Source of the DNA: Candidatus Micrarchaeia archaeon
GTDB lineage: Archaea > Micrarchaeota > Micrarchaeia > Norongarragalinales > CAINOH01
Direction of reading: 5' to 3'
Length of the DNA: 20,879 bases
NCBI GenBank assembly: GCA_046753405.1
Contig: JBHHTN010000007.1
Coordinates: forward strand, 1-20,879
A program made the position numbers and the translations under genes. Under the pieces are notes generated by a model, which saw nothing but the letters and a program-made list of their open reading frames with translations, had not been told where the DNA came from and searched no databases. Below, piece by piece: positions 1 through 8,709 of this stretch (position 1 is the first letter of the stretch; each line of letters starts with the position of its first letter).

Positions 1-192
1 CCTGTTAGGCCGCTGGTGGTTGAGGTTCCTGTTGTGGATGATTGTGGTTGTTTCACTCTTTACCTTCCTGTTTGCGGTGCTGACGGAAATACTTGTTCCA
101 ACTCCTGCGTAGCGCGCTGTGAGGGTGTTGCGGTGAATTATGATGGAACGTACAAGCCCTCGGTTTATTCGTCTTTCGTCGTATCGCAATAG
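1..192 (+). CDS. 3' end of an unknown Cys-rich protein (5'-partial, open from the window edge to TAG at 190-192). The translated tail contains PVCGADGNTCSNSCVARC, which resembles a Kazal-type inhibitor motif.
   Basis: Frame 1 is open for 63 codons from position 1 to the stop at 190-192 and is more GC-rich than the flanks. The Cys spacing resembles the Kazal core PVCGxDGxTYxNxCxxxxC, but the final Cys is missing. There is no in-window start, so it is absent from the ORF track. Confidence 0.3.
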   Translation, partial: PVRPLVVEVPVVDDCGCFTLYLPVCGADGNTCSNSCVARCEGVAVNYDGTYKPSVYSSFVVSQ

Positions 193-204
193 TTTTTTTA
201 ACGG
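193..204 (+). promoter_or_regulatory. A/T-rich TATA-like element about 30 nt upstream of the porD ATG, consistent with a leaderless archaeal promoter
   Basis: The sequence tagtttttttaacgg sits 27-38 nt upstream of the ATG at 231. No SD-like sequence lies between it and the start. Confidence 0.25.
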
Positions 205-230
205 CGTTATTCAAACTGTTTTAAAGTAAA

Positions 231-467
231 ATGGAAGTTGTAATCAAGCCGGGAACCAACAATCCCACCGGGTCCTGGCGCAACAAAAAGCCGGTTGTGG
301 ATTTGTCAAAGTGCACCAAGTGCAAGCTTTGCGAAACCTACTGTCCGGACACGTCTATATGCGTTCATTCTGAAGGCGCGGTGCCTGACTTAGAGTACTG
401 CAAAGGATGCGGTATTTGTGCGACGGAGTGTCCTGTTAAGTGCATTGAAATGCAGGAAGAACGTTGA
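231..467 (+). CDS. porD: 2-oxoacid (pyruvate):ferredoxin oxidoreductase delta subunit, a 2x[4Fe-4S] ferredoxin
   Basis: The 78-aa product carries two CxxCxxCxxxCP-type clusters (CTKCKLCETYCP and CKGCGICATECP). It lies immediately upstream of the alpha subunit. Confidence 0.85.
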   Translation: MEVVIKPGTNNPTGSWRNKKPVVDLSKCTKCKLCETYCPDTSICVHSEGAVPDLEYCKGCGICATECPVKCIEMQEER

Positions 468-564
468 AAATCGTTCGCTTTTCGTCGTAATGCGTTTTGT
501 TTTTTAATGTTGGTTTGGTTAATTGGTAAACCAAAGTTTTTCCCTTGTACTGTGTTTTTGAAAA

Positions 565-1689
565 ATGAAGACTATTTTGGAGGGCAGCAAGGCGGTTGCC
601 CGTACGGTTGCTTTGTGCCGGCCTCATGTTATTCCAGCTTATCCTATTACGCCCAGTACGCATATTCCAGAGGAGTTGTCCAAAGAGCTTGCAGACTACG
701 AGTTTATTCCAGTTGAAGCCGAGTTTTCCGCAATGAGCGCGTGCATTGGGGCAAGCGCTGCAGGTGCTAGGGCGTTCACTGCTACCAGCAGCCAGGGGTT
801 GGCTTTGATGCACGAGGCGTTGCACAACGCAAGCGGAATGCGTCTTCCCATTGTCATGGCCGTTGCCAACAGGGCGTTGAGCGCTCCGATGAACATTTGG
901 TGTGACTGGCAGGACTCTGTTTCGCAGAGGGACACCGGTTGGATGCAGTTTTACTGCAAGAACAACCAGGAAGTTGTGGACACGATGATTCAATCGTTCA
1001 GGCTTGCTGAAAAGGTCCAGTTTCCGATAATGGTTTGCATGGATGGTTTTTACTTGACTCATGAAATTTCCCCAATTGACTTGCCTGTCCAAGAAGAGGT
1101 TGACGGGTTTTTGCCTGCTTTCAAACCCCGGTTTTCTTTGGACGTTGACGACGTGCATTCTTTTGGAACTTTTTTCCCGCCGGCGCATTATCATGATGCC
1201 AAGCGCGACCAGCAAAAGGAAATGCTCGCGGTTTTTCCTCATGTTGAACTTGTTGCAAAAGAGTTTGGGGAAAAGTTTGGTCGAGAGCAGTTTGGGGTTT
1301 TGGAAGAGTACTTCATGAAAAACTCGCAAGTGGTTTTTGTTTCAATGGGAGCGTTGGCTGAAAACGTTGAGTTGGTTGTGGATTCTTTGCGTGAGAAAGG
1401 AGAGCACGTGGGTTTGCTTCGCGTTAAGTGCTTCAGGCCGTTTCCATCTGTTCAATTTGCAAGGGCGTTGGAAAACGCGAGGGCGGTTGTTGTTTTGGAG
1501 AAAGATTTTTCACCTGGTTTGGAAGGCGCGCTTGCAACCGAAGTGAAAGCAGCGTTGCAGGACGCGCGCGAGAGGCCGAGCGTGTTGAGCGTTGTTTGCG
1601 GTCTTGGCGGGCGCGATGTCACTTTGAAGGAAATTGAAAGTGTTTTTGAACGGGCAAAAGGCGGGGAAACGGGTCCGACGTGGCTTTGA
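565..1689 (+). CDS. porA: 2-oxoacid (pyruvate or ketoisovalerate):ferredoxin oxidoreductase alpha subunit
   Basis: The 374-aa product shows PorA/VorA hallmarks (AYPITPST, GASAAGARAFTATSSQGL, DTGW). It has an ATG start and sits in the por cluster. Confidence 0.85.
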   Translation: MKTILEGSKAVARTVALCRPHVIPAYPITPSTHIPEELSKELADYEFIPVEAEFSAMSACIGASAAGARAFTATSSQGLALMHEALHNASGMRLPIVMAVANRALSAPMNIWCDWQDSVSQRDTGWMQFYCKNNQEVVDTMIQSFRLAEKVQFPIMVCMDGFYLTHEISPIDLPVQEEVDGFLPAFKPRFSLDVDDVHSFGTFFPPAHYHDAKRDQQKEMLAVFPHVELVAKEFGEKFGREQFGVLEEYFMKNSQVVFVSMGALAENVELVVDSLREKGEHVGLLRVKCFRPFPSVQFARALENARAVVVLEKDFSPGLEGALATEVKAALQDARERPSVLSVVCGLGGRDVTLKEIESVFERAKGGETGPTWL

Positions 1690-1713
1690 AATTTTAAGAG
1701 GGTGTTTTTTTGA

Positions 1714-2376
1714 TTGGTTTTGAAAAAGTTTCAACAAGACTTGCTGGTGTTATTGGCGCAGGAAGGCGCGCTTTACCGCTTTGTGAAGCTTACCACGGGG
1801 GAGTTGGCCGGGAAAGTGAGCGTTTCACAGCAAACTGTTTCTCGCTGGATTTCGGGTTTGGAAGAAGCTGGACTGATCTACAAAAACAAGCAAGGCTTTC
1901 GAATAACGCAGAGTGGCAGAGAGTTTTTGCAGGGAGTTCACTTGGCCTTGGACAAAGTGCTTTCGAAGAAGGCGGGCAGCGTTTTCTTGCAGGGAACGGT
2001 GACGGAGGGTTTTGGAGACGGCGCGTACTACACTTCCCTGCCGGAATACAAGAAACAGTTGAAAAAGAGCGTTGGCTTCGAAGCCTTTCCAGGCACTTTG
2101 AACATCCGTCTTTCTTCGGAAGAGGATTTAAGGCAGAGAATGAAGTTGGACTCCAAGACAGGGTTGCACGTGAGGGGGTTTACGAAAGGCAAGAGGAGGT
2201 TCGGTTCTGCAAAGTGTTTTCCAGCGCTTGTGAACGGAAAAGTGAAGGCAGCGGTGATTATTCCGCAAAGGAGTCATTACTCGGCGGAAGTGGTGGAGTT
2301 GATTGCGCCTCTGAAGTTGCGAAAGGCGTTGAAGTTGAAGGATAATTCGATTGTTGAAATTGAAGTAAAAGAATAG
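1714..2376 (+). CDS. ribK: CTP-dependent archaeal riboflavin kinase (MJ0056 family) fused to an N-terminal winged-helix HTH, i.e. an RbkR-like regulator/kinase
   Basis: The N-terminus carries an HTH (LTTGELAGKVSVSQQTVSRWISGLEEAGLI). The C-terminus carries archaeal RibK motifs (FPGTLNIRL, GKRRFGSAKCFPA). The start is TTG, with GGGTG about 9 nt upstream. Confidence 0.7.
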   Translation: MVLKKFQQDLLVLLAQEGALYRFVKLTTGELAGKVSVSQQTVSRWISGLEEAGLIYKNKQGFRITQSGREFLQGVHLALDKVLSKKAGSVFLQGTVTEGFGDGAYYTSLPEYKKQLKKSVGFEAFPGTLNIRLSSEEDLRQRMKLDSKTGLHVRGFTKGKRRFGSAKCFPALVNGKVKAAVIIPQRSHYSAEVVELIAPLKLRKALKLKDNSIVEIEVKE

Positions 2377-2386
2377 TTGAAAAAAA

Positions 2387-4312
2387 ATGGCTGGAAAATT
2401 TGAAAAACCAAAGGAGTACTTTTTGCACGGGCACAGGTCTTGCGCTGGGTGCGGTCCGGCTGTTGCCATGCGACAGTGCTTGCAGGCACTTGGCGACGAG
2501 ACGGTTGTGGTGAACGCCACAGGTTGCATGGAAGTTGTAAGCACGCAGTACCCTGAAAGTTCTTGGAACTTGCCTTACATTCACTCTCTTTTTGAAAACG
2601 TGCCGTCTGTTGCAAGCGGTGTTTCTCGCGCCTTCAAAAAATTGGGCAAAAAAGGGGTTGTTGTTGGAATAGGCGGCGACGGTGCATGTTATTCGCCCGA
2701 CACGAAAATTTTGACGGCCGATGGTTTCAAGTGGGTGGCCGACGTTTCAACTAAAGATATTCTTTGGAGCGTTAACCCTGACACCTTTGAGCTTGAATTG
2801 CAACCTGTTGAAAAACTGCATCAATATTTTTTTGAAGGAAAAATGGTGCGGGCAAATACGCGATACGTTGATTTTCTTGTTACTTCTAACCACAACATTC
2901 CTGCAATGTTTCGTAAATCTGGAAAAATAGTTTTTTTAAAGGCAGAAGAGCTGTTGAAAAAATATAAAACCTTGTTGCCAAGAAGTTTCAAGTGGCATGG
3001 AGAGAAGAAAGATAGATTTGTTCTTCCAAAACTTCCAAGCAAAACCAGTATGAGGCAGTATTCGTCTTTTGACGCTGGCGACTGGGCCGAATTTGTTGGC
3101 TGGTACGTTACCGAAGGCAGTTGTTATCATAGCGACAGTGGCTACCTTGTAAGAATTTATCAGTCAAATAAAAAGAACCGCAAGCATATTTTGCAGTTAG
3201 TTAGGAAAATGGGGTTGCGTGCTTCTGAGTGTAGTCGTTCTGTTGATATTTCATCCAAGCAGCTTTTTACCTGCCTCAAAAATACTTGCGGGGATTATTT
3301 TTACAATAAAAGAATTCCGAAAGACGTTCTTTCATTATCTTCTGACAAGCTTTTACGGCTTTTCGATGCAATGATTCGTGGCGACGGCTGCAAAGTTCGC
3401 CCAGGTAAGGGGAGAACTTCATTTAGAACAACTTTCATAACCAAGTCGTCGTACTTGGTAAGTCAATTTACCGAGCTTTGCTTAAAGCTTGGAAAAGGCG
3501 TTCACATAACTTATGATAATAGGAGGATAGCAAGAATTGGCGTTCAAGAGAAACATGTAAAAAACGAGTTGTATTCCACAAGAAAATTTTCCCAGGGAAA
3601 GACTCAAGTTTTTGAGGAGGATTATGAAGGAATAGTTTACTGTCCTCAACTTCCAAAGAACCATACGCTGATAATCGAACGAAATGGAAAAGTCTCGTTG
3701 AGCGGAAACAGTTACGACATCGGTTTCGGCGCGTTGTCTGGGGCGATGGAGCGAAACGAGGACATGATTTACATTGCCTACGACAACGAGTGTTACGCCA
3801 ACACAGGAGTGCAAAGATCGGGCGCTACTCCTATTGGCGCGGTTACTACCACCTCGCCTGCAGAAATTCACGGCAAAGCACAGTGGAAGAAGAACTTGCC
3901 GTTTATTGCCGCCGCGCACGCTATTCCTTACGTTGCAACAAGTAGCATTGCGTTTATTCCGGATTTGAAAAAAAAGCTGCAAAAGGCAAAGGAAAAAAAG
4001 GGCTTTAGGTTGGTTCACGTTCACGCGCCTTGCCCTCTTGGCTGGAGGTTCGATTCGGGGAAAACAATTGAAGTTGCACGCCTTGCAGTCCGATGCGGTT
4101 TGTGGAACTTGTTTGAAATTGAAAACGGTCTCTTCAAGCAGTCAATGCGTTTTCCAAAGTTGGTTGATGTTGAGGATTACTTGAAATTGCAGGGAAGATT
4201 CAAGATACTTGATGAACAACAGTTGAAACAAATCAAGGAACACCTTGCGCGTGTTCAAACAGAATTGAAAAAGCTTGAGGACGCCAAACTGAATTTAGAG
4301 TACTTTTTGTAA
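2387..4312 (+). CDS. porB: 2-oxoacid:ferredoxin oxidoreductase beta subunit (TPP-binding), interrupted by an intein
   Basis: The N-extein (CAGCGP, GIGGDGA) and C-extein (SYDIGFGALSG, YDNECYANTGVQRSGATP) match PorB. The 641-aa ORF is about 340 aa longer than a typical beta subunit. Confidence 0.9.
   Translation: MAGKFEKPKEYFLHGHRSCAGCGPAVAMRQCLQALGDETVVVNATGCMEVVSTQYPESSWNLPYIHSLFENVPSVASGVSRAFKKLGKKGVVVGIGGDGACYSPDTKILTADGFKWVADVSTKDILWSVNPDTFELELQPVEKLHQYFFEGKMVRANTRYVDFLVTSNHNIPAMFRKSGKIVFLKAEELLKKYKTLLPRSFKWHGEKKDRFVLPKLPSKTSMRQYSSFDAGDWAEFVGWYVTEGSCYHSDSGYLVRIYQSNKKNRKHILQLVRKMGLRASECSRSVDISSKQLFTCLKNTCGDYFYNKRIPKDVLSLSSDKLLRLFDAMIRGDGCKVRPGKGRTSFRTTFITKSSYLVSQFTELCLKLGKGVHITYDNRRIARIGVQEKHVKNELYSTRKFSQGKTQVFEEDYEGIVYCPQLPKNHTLIIERNGKVSLSGNSYDIGFGALSGAMERNEDMIYIAYDNECYANTGVQRSGATPIGAVTTTSPAEIHGKAQWKKNLPFIAAAHAIPYVATSSIAFIPDLKKKLQKAKEKKGFRLVHVHAPCPLGWRFDSGKTIEVARLAVRCGLWNLFEIENGLFKQSMRFPKLVDVEDYLKLQGRFKILDEQQLKQIKEHLARVQTELKKLEDAKLNLEYFL
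2687..3709 (+). mobile_element. Intein (341 aa) with a LAGLIDADG homing endonuclease, inserted in the GDG TPP-binding motif of PorB
   Basis: It starts CYSPDTKILTADG (intein block A) right after GIGGDGA. Two LAGLIDADG blocks are present (WAEFVGWYVTEGS and LLRLFDAMIRGDGC). It ends ...VSLSGN followed by Ser +1 (SYDIG). The predicted spliced product GDGA-SYDIGF matches the native PorB motif. Confidence 0.8.
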
Positions 4313-4344
4313 GAGTCGAAAAGCGTTTGTTCTTATAACTGTTT

Positions 4345-4938
4345 TTACTCCGTGTTATGGCTTTCATTCGTGCTTTGGTTTTTTGTTTGGTTTTTCAAAA
4401 GGCTTTCGCGGTATTCTTTGAGTATCTCGTCGGCTTGTCGTTGAGGCACTGTGGTGCCGCCCAAGGCGTAGGAAATCATGCTTCCGACTACTTCGGAGTT
4501 TTTGCATAAGAACTCGTCGTTTCCTTCGATTATCACTTGCTCGTTTATTTTCACGCAGTTGCACTCTCCGTGGGAAATCAAAATGTTTGGTTCTGCGCAT
4601 GTTTTTTGGCTTTCTTCAAGTGAAATGCATTTTTCTCCTGTTTTTGCTTCTACCAAAACGTTTTTGTTGCTTGCACCAAGTCCTAGGGAGACTTGGGTGA
4701 GCATTGATGAAATACATTCAATGTCTTCAACGCTTCTGAAATCGGCTTGTAATGTCACGTTTTTTTCAGTCAGCGCGTCGGGAAACGCGATTGCCGGCTT
4801 TTTAGAGCTTATTACCCGGACTCCTTCAACGTTGTATTCTTGGGTATTAGTCAAAAAAATCAAAAGCGCGAAGGCCGTGAGGAATGCAACGGCCCCGACA
4901 GTTGCTATTTTTGCAAGTGGAAATTCTTTTTCAGTCAT
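4345..4938 (-). CDS. Hypothetical membrane-anchored protein with a Cys-rich extracytoplasmic domain
   Basis: There is one N-terminal TM helix (IATVGAVAFLTAFALLIFL) followed by a soluble domain with 6 Cys. The tracked ORF extends to a TTG at 4962 that overlaps the rnz stop, but the ATG at 4938 is more plausible. It is co-directional with and immediately downstream of rnz. Confidence 0.5.
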   Translation of the reverse strand: MTEKEFPLAKIATVGAVAFLTAFALLIFLTNTQEYNVEGVRVISSKKPAIAFPDALTEKNVTLQADFRSVEDIECISSMLTQVSLGLGASNKNVLVEAKTGEKCISLEESQKTCAEPNILISHGECNCVKINEQVIIEGNDEFLCKNSEVVGSMISYALGGTTVPQRQADEILKEYRESLLKNQTKNQSTNESHNTE

Positions 4939-4958
4939 TTGTTGTAAACCTTTTTCAT

Positions 4959-5855
4959 TCAAATTTCAAGTTCCAATCCTTCTTCGGATAAAGCGCTTTC
5001 TTTGAATTCTTTTTTTGCTTCGACAAGCAAAGGGGTTCTGTCGTCGTACCTGTTGCTGAAGTGGGTAAGCACGAGTTTTTTCACTTGCGCTTTTTTGCAG
5101 GTTTTTGCAATTTGAAACGCGGTGCAGTGTTCTTTTTCCTTTGCCAGATCTTTGTGTTCGTGTAAAAACGTGCTGTCGGCAATTACTGCGTTGGCGTTTT
5201 CAAAGTGTTTTTCAAGCCCTGAAAAAAACGCGGTGTCTCCGGTGTAAACAATTTTTTTGCCCATCTGGACGAAGGTTACCTCTTCGTACTTAACGGTTTT
5301 TTTGCCGATTTTCAAAACGCCTTTTTTCCCTATTTCCGTGAAAAGCCTTCCTTTTATTCCTGCTTTGACGGCTTTTTTCTTGTCAAATCGTCGCTTGTCT
5401 TTTTCTTTGAAAACGTAGCCCAAAGCGTTTTTGCCGTGTTTGACCTGAAATGCGCGGACTTCGAAAACGTCGGTTTCAAAAACGGGTTTTTTTTCAGTTC
5501 CGGAGACTTCTTTTACTTTTACCTTAAAATTAGGTTTCAATTCATTGGTTGAAAACAAGGTTTCCAAGAATTTGCCAGAGCCTTTGGGCCCGAATACAAG
5601 AAGTTCTTCGGCGCGAGTGCTCATGTTAAGGGTTTGAACAAGCCCGAACAATCCCAAGAAATGGTCGGCGTGCAAGTGTGATAGAAACACGCTTTTCACT
5701 TTGGAGTAGCTGACGTTGTACTTCATCAATTGCCTTTGCACGCCTTCACAGGCGTCAAACAAGTAAGCTTTGTCTGCTTGGACTGCAAAGCACGATGGAA
5801 CGTGTTTTTTTGTTGGGACGGAGGCAGTGCTTCCGAGCATTACGATTTTAATCAT
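4959..5855 (-). CDS. rnz: Ribonuclease Z (tRNA 3'-processing endonuclease, metallo-beta-lactamase fold)
   Basis: The 298-aa product has HLHADH (the HxHxDH motif), LFDACEGVQRQL and a C-terminal THFS motif. The ATG start is at 5855. Confidence 0.85.
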   Translation of the reverse strand: MIKIVMLGSTASVPTKKHVPSCFAVQADKAYLFDACEGVQRQLMKYNVSYSKVKSVFLSHLHADHFLGLFGLVQTLNMSTRAEELLVFGPKGSGKFLETLFSTNELKPNFKVKVKEVSGTEKKPVFETDVFEVRAFQVKHGKNALGYVFKEKDKRRFDKKKAVKAGIKGRLFTEIGKKGVLKIGKKTVKYEEVTFVQMGKKIVYTGDTAFFSGLEKHFENANAVIADSTFLHEHKDLAKEKEHCTAFQIAKTCKKAQVKKLVLTHFSNRYDDRTPLLVEAKKEFKESALSEEGLELEI

Positions 5856-5985
5856 TTCAGACCTCTCAAAGCATATATAATTCTGTTTGGAATAATTTTT
5901 TCATTAAAGTATTTAATGCGCTTGCTTCCTTAATTTAAGGAGAGGGTGCTTTTTTTTTAATTTTGTTTTATTGGAGAGTGGTTTT

Positions 5986-8490
5986 ATGAGGAACGGAAAA
6001 TACTTGTTTACGTCTGAGTCGGTTACCGAGGGGCATCCTGACAAGGTATGCGACCAGATTTCCGACGCGGTTTTGGACTCTATTTTTGAAAAAGACCCCA
6101 ACGGCCGCGTTGCAGTTGAAGCATTGGTGACAACGGGACAAGTGGTAATAGCAGGAGAGGTTAGGACAAACGCTTACGTTGACGCTGCTGGCATTGCCAG
6201 GAAAGTAATCAATGATATTGGGTACACTGACGCGGAACTTCAGTTTTCCGGGGACAGTTGCGGTGTTTTGGTTGCAATTCACGAGCAGTCTCAAGACATC
6301 GCGCAAGGTGTTGACGAAGGCGAGAAAAAAGAGCAGGGTGCAGGCGACCAAGGACTCATGTTCGGGTACGCCTCGAACGAAACTCCTGAATTGATGCCGT
6401 TGCCGATTATTTTGGCTCACAAGCTTACAAAAAAACTTTCAAAGGCAAGAAAAAGCGGGGAGATTCCTTATCTTAGGCCGGATGGGAAAAGCCAGGTAAC
6501 TGTTGAATACGACGGGAACAAGCCGGTTCGCGTTACCGCAGTTGTCATTTCAACGCAGCACTCCGACGAGGTTTCAAACGAGCAAATACGAAAAGACGTT
6601 ATTGAAAAGGTAATAAAGCCGGTTTGCGGCGACTGGTTGAAAGACGACACCAAGTTTTTCATCAACGCAACAGGACGCTTTGTTTTGGGAGGGCCCGCGG
6701 CAGACACAGGCGTAACAGGAAGAAAGATAATCGTCGACACCTACGGCGGGCACGGAAGCCATGGGGGCGGCGCGTTTTGTGTTTCCGGGGAGTCAATCGT
6801 AAATTCGGAGAAAGGTTTGGCGCCAATTAACGAACTTTCTTCTCTTCCTTCTGGTTCGCTTGTCAAAACGGATGTTTCTCCAACTCCAATGGAAACATGG
6901 CTTGACAATGGAGTTATGAGTACTTTACGGTTAGAAACAAAAGATGGTTACGGGCTTGAAGGCACGCCAAACCAATGCATTCGTGCGATTGATTTCAAGG
7001 GTAATTACGTTTGGCGGCGTTTTGACGCGATTCAGTCAACTGACTGGGTTGCAATACAACGCAAGAACAGGTTGTTTGGCCAAAAATCTGTTGTGAATTT
7101 TGAATTTAAACACAAAAAAGCCGCGCATAGAAAAAACGATTTTTCTTTTCCTGCGGAGCTTACCGAAGACTATGCTTATTTGCTTGGCCTTTTAACCGGC
7201 GATGGCATGTGCACTACGCGTGACGGCGTGCGAGTATGCGTTTGCGAAAAACAAATGGAAGAAGTCGTGCAATCCTTGTTAACTCGTCTGTTTGGAAAAA
7301 AAGGCAAGATATTCGGACACTGGGCGCATTATTGCGGAGTGGAACTGCGAGCTTATCTGGAACAATTGGGTCTTGGTTATTGGCGTTCATGGCAAAAAAA
7401 AGTACCTGCCAGTGTTTTGAGCGCGCCAAAAACCACTGTCGCAGCTTTTATTCGCGGTTTGTTTGACGCTGACGGTACTGTTAGAAGAACCGGAAGAAAC
7501 AAGAATTCTGTGGAAGTGAAATTGACCACGACTTCCAAAGAACTTGCATTAGGAGTTCAACAATTGTTGTTGAACTTTGGAATAGTCTGCGCAATTCAAA
7601 CGGTGCAAACAACCGGGAAAACCTCGCGCATTCGCAACCGGACTGTTCGTTCTGCAAGGCCTCTTTACCACGTTCGTGTAAAAGGCGTTGACAGTGTTCG
7701 AATCTTCCAAAAAGAAATCAATTTTGCGCTTGCTCGCAAGGCCAAGATTCTAAACAACATTGAAAACTCGTCAAAACGCAGTCGTCTAACTATTCCAAAC
7801 CAGCGCGAGCGCGTGAGGAGGCTTTGGTTAAAGCTTTCCTCAAGTGAGCATCAGAAAGACCGCGCCGGCGTTGGGCACTGGTTGCGCAATCCAAGCACCA
7901 AAGGTACAAAGGAACTTACTTACGCCAAAATGATTGATTTTATTGACGCTTACGAAACAAAGTTTGCAGGCAATAATGATTTTGAGTACTTGAGAACGTT
8001 TTTTGTCATGAATCATTATTATTCGAAAGTCAAATCTACGCAAAAAAGTCAAAGTCACGTTTATGACTTTGTTGTTCCCGGAGCCCATGCGTTTACTGCC
8101 AACGGTTTTGTGTGCCACAATTCTGGAAAAGACCCTTCCAAGGTTGACCGTTCGGCATCTTACATGGCCAGGTACATTGCGAAAAACATTGTTGCAGCTG
8201 GTTTGGCCGACCAGTGCGAAGTACAAATTGCGTACTGCATTGGAGTGGCAGAACCGGTGTCGGTTTTGGTCAGCACTTTTGGCACGAACAAGATTCCTGA
8301 AGAGAAGATTGCCCAGCTTGTTCGCGAGCACTTTCCGCTTAAGCCCTCGGAGCTTATCGAGCACTTGAACCTGCGCAGGCCGATTTTCAGGAAAACAGCT
8401 GTGTACGGCCACTTCGGACGCGAAGACCCTGATTTCACGTGGGAAAAAACGGACAAAGCAGACGAGTTGAAGAAAGCGGCAGGGCTTTGA
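5986..8490 (+). CDS. metK: S-adenosylmethionine synthetase of the bacterial/eukaryotic MetK type, interrupted by a large intein
   Basis: MetK motifs are present: [42 protein letters not shown] before the insert, and [14 protein letters not shown] / [14 protein letters not shown] after it. The ATG is at 5986; the tracked ORF begins at an upstream TTG at 5971. Confidence 0.9.
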   Translation: MRNGKYLFTSESVTEGHPDKVCDQISDAVLDSIFEKDPNGRVAVEALVTTGQVVIAGEVRTNAYVDAAGIARKVINDIGYTDAELQFSGDSCGVLVAIHEQSQDIAQGVDEGEKKEQGAGDQGLMFGYASNETPELMPLPIILAHKLTKKLSKARKSGEIPYLRPDGKSQVTVEYDGNKPVRVTAVVISTQHSDEVSNEQIRKDVIEKVIKPVCGDWLKDDTKFFINATGRFVLGGPAADTGVTGRKIIVDTYGGHGSHGGGAFCVSGESIVNSEKGLAPINELSSLPSGSLVKTDVSPTPMETWLDNGVMSTLRLETKDGYGLEGTPNQCIRAIDFKGNYVWRRFDAIQSTDWVAIQRKNRLFGQKSVVNFEFKHKKAAHRKNDFSFPAELTEDYAYLLGLLTGDGMCTTRDGVRVCVCEKQMEEVVQSLLTRLFGKKGKIFGHWAHYCGVELRAYLEQLGLGYWRSWQKKVPASVLSAPKTTVAAFIRGLFDADGTVRRTGRNKNSVEVKLTTTSKELALGVQQLLLNFGIVCAIQTVQTTGKTSRIRNRTVRSARPLYHVRVKGVDSVRIFQKEINFALARKAKILNNIENSSKRSRLTIPNQRERVRRLWLKLSSSEHQKDRAGVGHWLRNPSTKGTKELTYAKMIDFIDAYETKFAGNNDFEYLRTFFVMNHYYSKVKSTQKSQSHVYDFVVPGAHAFTANGFVCHNSGKDPSKVDRSASYMARYIAKNIVAAGLADQCEVQIAYCIGVAEPVSVLVSTFGTNKIPEEKIAQLVREHFPLKPSELIEHLNLRRPIFRKTAVYGHFGREDPDFTWEKTDKADELKKAAGL
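6778..8121 (+). mobile_element. Intein (448 aa) with a LAGLIDADG homing endonuclease, inserted in the GGGAF|SGKD triphosphate-binding loop of MetK
   Basis: It starts at the Cys right after HGGGAF (CVSGESIVN...). LAGLIDADG blocks are [14 protein letters not shown] and [14 protein letters not shown]. It ends ...GFVCHN followed by Ser +1 ([11 protein letters not shown]). The predicted spliced product [16 protein letters not shown] is the canonical MetK motif. Confidence 0.85.
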
Positions 8491-8680
8491 AAAAAAAATC
8501 CTTGCGCTTTTAAGAAGCTTTTTTAAGGGGGTTGAAGTGTGTAATTTTTACTTTTTGCCAGCAACATTTGCGTGAGCTGAAACCGTGTTCAACTCTTCCT
8601 TTTTGAAAAAGTTGTTTGTCGTTGCTTGCCTTTAAGCAAAGGGTATTTATTGTCTTTTTTGCTAATTTCTTCTCTTTGAA

Positions 8681-8709
8681 GGCGTCAAACGCCGTTTTTC
8701 TGTTTTTTG
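8681..8709 (+). promoter_or_regulatory. GC hairpin plus double T-tract in the lon 5' leader; a terminator- or attenuator-like element
   Basis: GGCGT-caaa-ACGCC (8681-8694) is followed by gTTTTTctgTTTTTTg and ends about 10 nt before the lon ATG. A TATA-like TATTTAT lies at 8645-8651. Confidence 0.3.

Noticed and set aside
436-1329. 297-aa ORF on the minus strand, antisense to porA
   Set aside because: It is entirely contained within the well-supported porA CDS. Its translation is low-complexity and motif-free, so it is a typical antisense artefact.
1710-2345. Alternative 211-aa ORF in frame +3, overlapping the riboflavin kinase gene
   Set aside because: It is Gly/Arg-rich with no motifs. The overlapping frame carries clear HTH and riboflavin-kinase motifs.
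3482-4024. 180-aa ORF on the minus strand inside porB and its intein
   Set aside because: It is antisense to a confidently assigned CDS and shows no motifs. It is an artefact.
7840-8412. 190-aa ORF on the minus strand inside metK
   Set aside because: It is antisense to the MetK C-extein. It is an artefact.
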